In this document: piece by piece, positions 44,540 through 46,920 of the stretch
Position numbering within the stretch: the stretch's first letter is position 1
How the letters are laid out: the number at the start of each line of letters is the position of its first letter
Assembly: GCA_009937205.1 (NCBI GenBank)
Contig: JAACCR010000065.1
Span: 1-46,920 of the forward strand
Source: Methanobacteriota archaeon
Lineage (GTDB): Archaea; Thermoplasmatota; Poseidoniia; Poseidoniales; Poseidoniaceae
Direction of reading: 5' to 3'
Length of the DNA stretch: 46,920 bases
Translations under genes and position numbers: made by a program
The notes under the pieces: model-generated
What the model was told of the DNA's origin: nothing
Database searches by the model: none
Seen by the model: only the letters and a program-made list of their open reading frames with translations

Positions 44540-46920
44540 ATGCGAAGTGGTCTTAAGCCAGCTCTCTTGGTCCTAACAGTACTTGGATTATTGCTAATGG
44601 CGCCATATAACGGCGTTGCAGCAAGAACAATTCACGACGCTCATACTGTAGATTTATTTCCATCTGGTGATTTTTCTGATTCCACTGAATGGGCAGTAGA
44701 TGATACTCTTGCCTATTCTAATAACCCTGCAACATATACTGATACGATGGTTGCAGATAACAAATTATCATTCATTCATCAGAGGCCAATGAATACAGAC
44801 CAATACACATTTTGGGCTCAATCTTCTCCAACAGATTCCAATTCGTCTAGGTATGCTCCAGACATGGCATATTCTTGGAGTAAAGGACCTGAAATAATTG
44901 TCAACGGCTTTGATTTCACTTCATTTAATCAATATGAATTACTGAATGTTGAATTATTATTTAATATTCAGATCCCACAGGCACTTTACCAAGATTCAGT
45001 TCGCATCTCTACTGAATACGATGGTGAAATTGATTTAATTAAGACATTTGCTCATACTACTGGAGATTTAGATTTCATCAATAATACTGCATGGACCTAT
45101 CTTCTTGGCGATGGTGGCAATTATAGTTGGGCAAATTTATCTTCACTATCGGTTACTTTGGATTATGTTTCTGCTGGAACTACAGATGATAGCCAATTGA
45201 ACGTTGATGCGGTAGGATTGCGAATAGAATACCGTTCACCTTGGTATGGTGGAGAAGTTGGCCATGCAAGTTCTACATTTTCAGGTTTTGAAATGCCAAT
45301 TAGTTCTCTTGATTTAACATCAGGTACTTTTGAAAATATTGCATATTCTTCTTGTGGATTGGAGACGAGTATCGAAGGAACTAGCGGAAGTTGGACTAGT
45401 GTTCCTTTTGAAACACCGCCTTCTCAAACAATTGGCCGTATTCATTATGAGTTGATGAATGAATCACTGGATGACGTTATACTTGAATACGCATCTTCTA
45501 GCGATGGCAGCACCTTCACCAATTTCACTGTAATTGATGAAAATACTTTACTTCCGGACATCGCATATGTAAGTATAAGATTGAGCACAATCACATCTTG
45601 TATTACTTCTGTTTCAATCGATATTAACGATCCAACTATTAGTATCGCTGGAAATATTATTGGCGATGTAGATGGATTCAATACTCAGTATACTAGATGG
45701 TTGATTTATGTTGGAGGAGAAGTAGTTTCTAATGAACCAATAACAACAGGTTCGTTTTCATTAAGTTTCCCGATTGGGAAATACATGTCATCGGGAGATA
45801 CTTCTGTAGAAGTTGAAATTAAATCTTGGTTTAACTGGGATTCTGATGGCAGTATTAGTACAACAATAGTTGAAATAAATTCAGTTGTAATCACTGGAGG
45901 ATATGAGTTGGAATGGGATGAAGATCCAGTTTGTATCGCAGTTGGAGACCAAACTATGACCGAAGACAGTGGTGGAATTATTTTACCATTTACCAACCGC
46001 TGCACAGATGATAGAACTGCATTGGATGATTTACAAATAGATATTGTTAACACAAATCCGGATATAGTTACTGTTGATTTCACTCAAGGAGACATTCGTT
46101 TATCACTGGTAAATGACCAATCAGGTCAGGCTGTCATTACTACTACCGTAATAGATGAGGCGGGAAATCTGTGGAGTGAAACATTCACCATCATAATCGA
46201 ATCAGTAGATGATGCACCAGTGATTAATGAATTCCCATCTCTAGTTCCAGTAGAGCACGATATTTTGACACAAGTTGAATTATTATACCACGATACTGAT
46301 TCTTCATCCTTGACCGCTTTTACTAATCGGAGTTGGGCTACCGTCAATTTAGAGCAAGGAATTATCGAAATCACAGCTCCTAATCCAGGATATCATTCGG
46401 TCTTGGTTTCTGTTTGCGATACCACTTCATGCTCTGAACGGGTACTTGATCTAGAAGTTTTAGCATTGCCAGATTTGGTAATTGAGTCAGTAGATATAGG
46501 CGATGAAACAATTAGGGAAGGTGATATTGTTGATGTCCGTATTTACGTCAGAAATATCGGGAGAACGAATGCCAATTTGATTTCAGTTCGCTGTGATGCA
46601 GATAATGTATTGATTGCGATTGCGCAACCGATTTCATTCCTTCAACCGGGTGAATTGGGTGTCGTGACCTGTGAATGGATTGTTCCAGAGGGAGATGGTG
46701 TTGTATTAATCTCAGCCGTAGTTGATAGAGGATTAGAGATCGATGAGGTTTCTGAAGATAATAACCAAGCAGAACTCATTGTTACTATTGAAGAAGCGAT
46801 AAAAGAACAACCTGTTAGTAGCGGCTTACAAATCTCTTCAACGGTAATGACCACTCTAGCAATTGCATCTATTGTTGCCATACTCGGATTGTTTGCCTTA
46901 TTCGCTCCTTCAAAAATAAG
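44540..46920 (+). CDS. Giant surface protein, 5' part (open to the window edge); cadherin/VCBS-like and CARDB-like modules
   Basis: It is absent from the ORF track because no stop is reached. I translated it by hand from ATG 44540 to 46920 and found no stop. Signal peptide LKPALLVLTVLGLLLMAPYNGVAA; DQTMTEDSGG...ESVDDAPVINEF; CARDB-like DLVIESVDIGDETIREGDIVDVRIYVRNIGRTNA...EDNN; TM VMTTLAIASIVAILGLFALF at the edge. Confidence 0.75.
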   Translation, partial: MRSGLKPALLVLTVLGLLLMAPYNGVAARTIHDAHTVDLFPSGDFSDSTEWAVDDTLAYSNNPATYTDTMVADNKLSFIHQRPMNTDQYTFWAQSSPTDSNSSRYAPDMAYSWSKGPEIIVNGFDFTSFNQYELLNVELLFNIQIPQALYQDSVRISTEYDGEIDLIKTFAHTTGDLDFINNTAWTYLLGDGGNYSWANLSSLSVTLDYVSAGTTDDSQLNVDAVGLRIEYRSPWYGGEVGHASSTFSGFEMPISSLDLTSGTFENIAYSSCGLETSIEGTSGSWTSVPFETPPSQTIGRIHYELMNESLDDVILEYASSSDGSTFTNFTVIDENTLLPDIAYVSIRLSTITSCITSVSIDINDPTISIAGNIIGDVDGFNTQYTRWLIYVGGEVVSNEPITTGSFSLSFPIGKYMSSGDTSVEVEIKSWFNWDSDGSISTTIVEINSVVITGGYELEWDEDPVCIAVGDQTMTEDSGGIILPFTNRCTDDRTALDDLQIDIVNTNPDIVTVDFTQGDIRLSLVNDQSGQAVITTTVIDEAGNLWSETFTIIIESVDDAPVINEFPSLVPVEHDILTQVELLYHDTDSSSLTAFTNRSWATVNLEQGIIEITAPNPGYHSVLVSVCDTTSCSERVLDLEVLALPDLVIESVDIGDETIREGDIVDVRIYVRNIGRTNANLISVRCDADNVLIAIAQPISFLQPGELGVVTCEWIVPEGDGVVLISAVVDRGLEIDEVSEDNNQAELIVTIEEAIKEQPVSSGLQISSTVMTTLAIASIVAILGLFALFAPSKI

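Noticed and set aside
45445-46881. Four minus-strand track ORFs (45445..45681, 45706..46083, 46126..46374, 46642..46881).
   Set aside because: All lie antisense to a single uninterrupted plus-strand reading frame from ATG 44540 to the window edge. That frame has a signal peptide and recognisable cadherin-like and CARDB-like motifs, while the minus-strand products are Ser/Thr/Ile-rich shadow ORFs.
1-46920. A search for CRISPR arrays, transposases/IS elements, integrases next to the three tRNA genes, prophage genes and toxin-antitoxin pairs.
   Set aside because: I found no regularly spaced direct repeats. The only tandem repeat is the 30-nt coding repeat at 33341-33423. No ORF shows DDE or tyrosine/serine recombinase motifs, and all three tRNA genes are flanked by ordinary housekeeping or envelope genes without duplicated tRNA 3' ends.

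Overview
AT-rich (about 40% G+C by eye) archaeal chromosomal segment. Archaeal markers are the 20S proteasome beta subunit, an aCPSF1-type KH/beta-CASP nuclease, Rpo11/RpoL, aEF-1beta with its Zn-ribbon partner, TruD, an RNase P RNA, and a tRNA-His with a genome-encoded G-1. Many genes are preceded by GGAGGTGA-like Shine-Dalgarno motifs. The gene content (giant adhesin-like surface proteins, COG1033/RND exporters, Ni-SOD) suggests a marine Thermoplasmatota/Poseidoniales (MGII)-like euryarchaeon, but that placement is inference only. I support about 45 CDS, 3 tRNAs (Pro-UGG, Lys-CUU, His-GUG) and one RNase P RNA. Housekeeping genes (psmB, asnS, arcC, rpiA, truD, rpoL, ribA, rlmE, a DEAD-box helicase) are interleaved with a large cell-envelope complement: three giant membrane-anchored surface proteins covering about a quarter of the window, two RND/COG1033 exporters, three GT2-type glycosyltransferases, an NAD-dependent sugar epimerase, an archaeosortase-like protein, and a thioredoxin/VKOR disulfide module. 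I see no CRISPR array, transposase, integrase or obvious defence island, and I cannot name one clear novel system. The main items for a second look: (1) an in-frame TAG inside rlmE and a probable in-frame TGA inside a DUF2240-like gene; (2) a DEAD-box helicase whose motif II reads AEAD; (3) a PdaD-like protein without the pyruvoyl-forming serine; (4) a sodN-sodX Ni-SOD cassette in an archaeal context; (5) an atypical archaeosortase-like gene in a region rich in giant surface proteins, one of which has an internal PGF-CTERM-like signal; (6) a GT2-RND operon; (7) several zinc-ribbon ORFs shorter than 60 aa that the ORF track misses.
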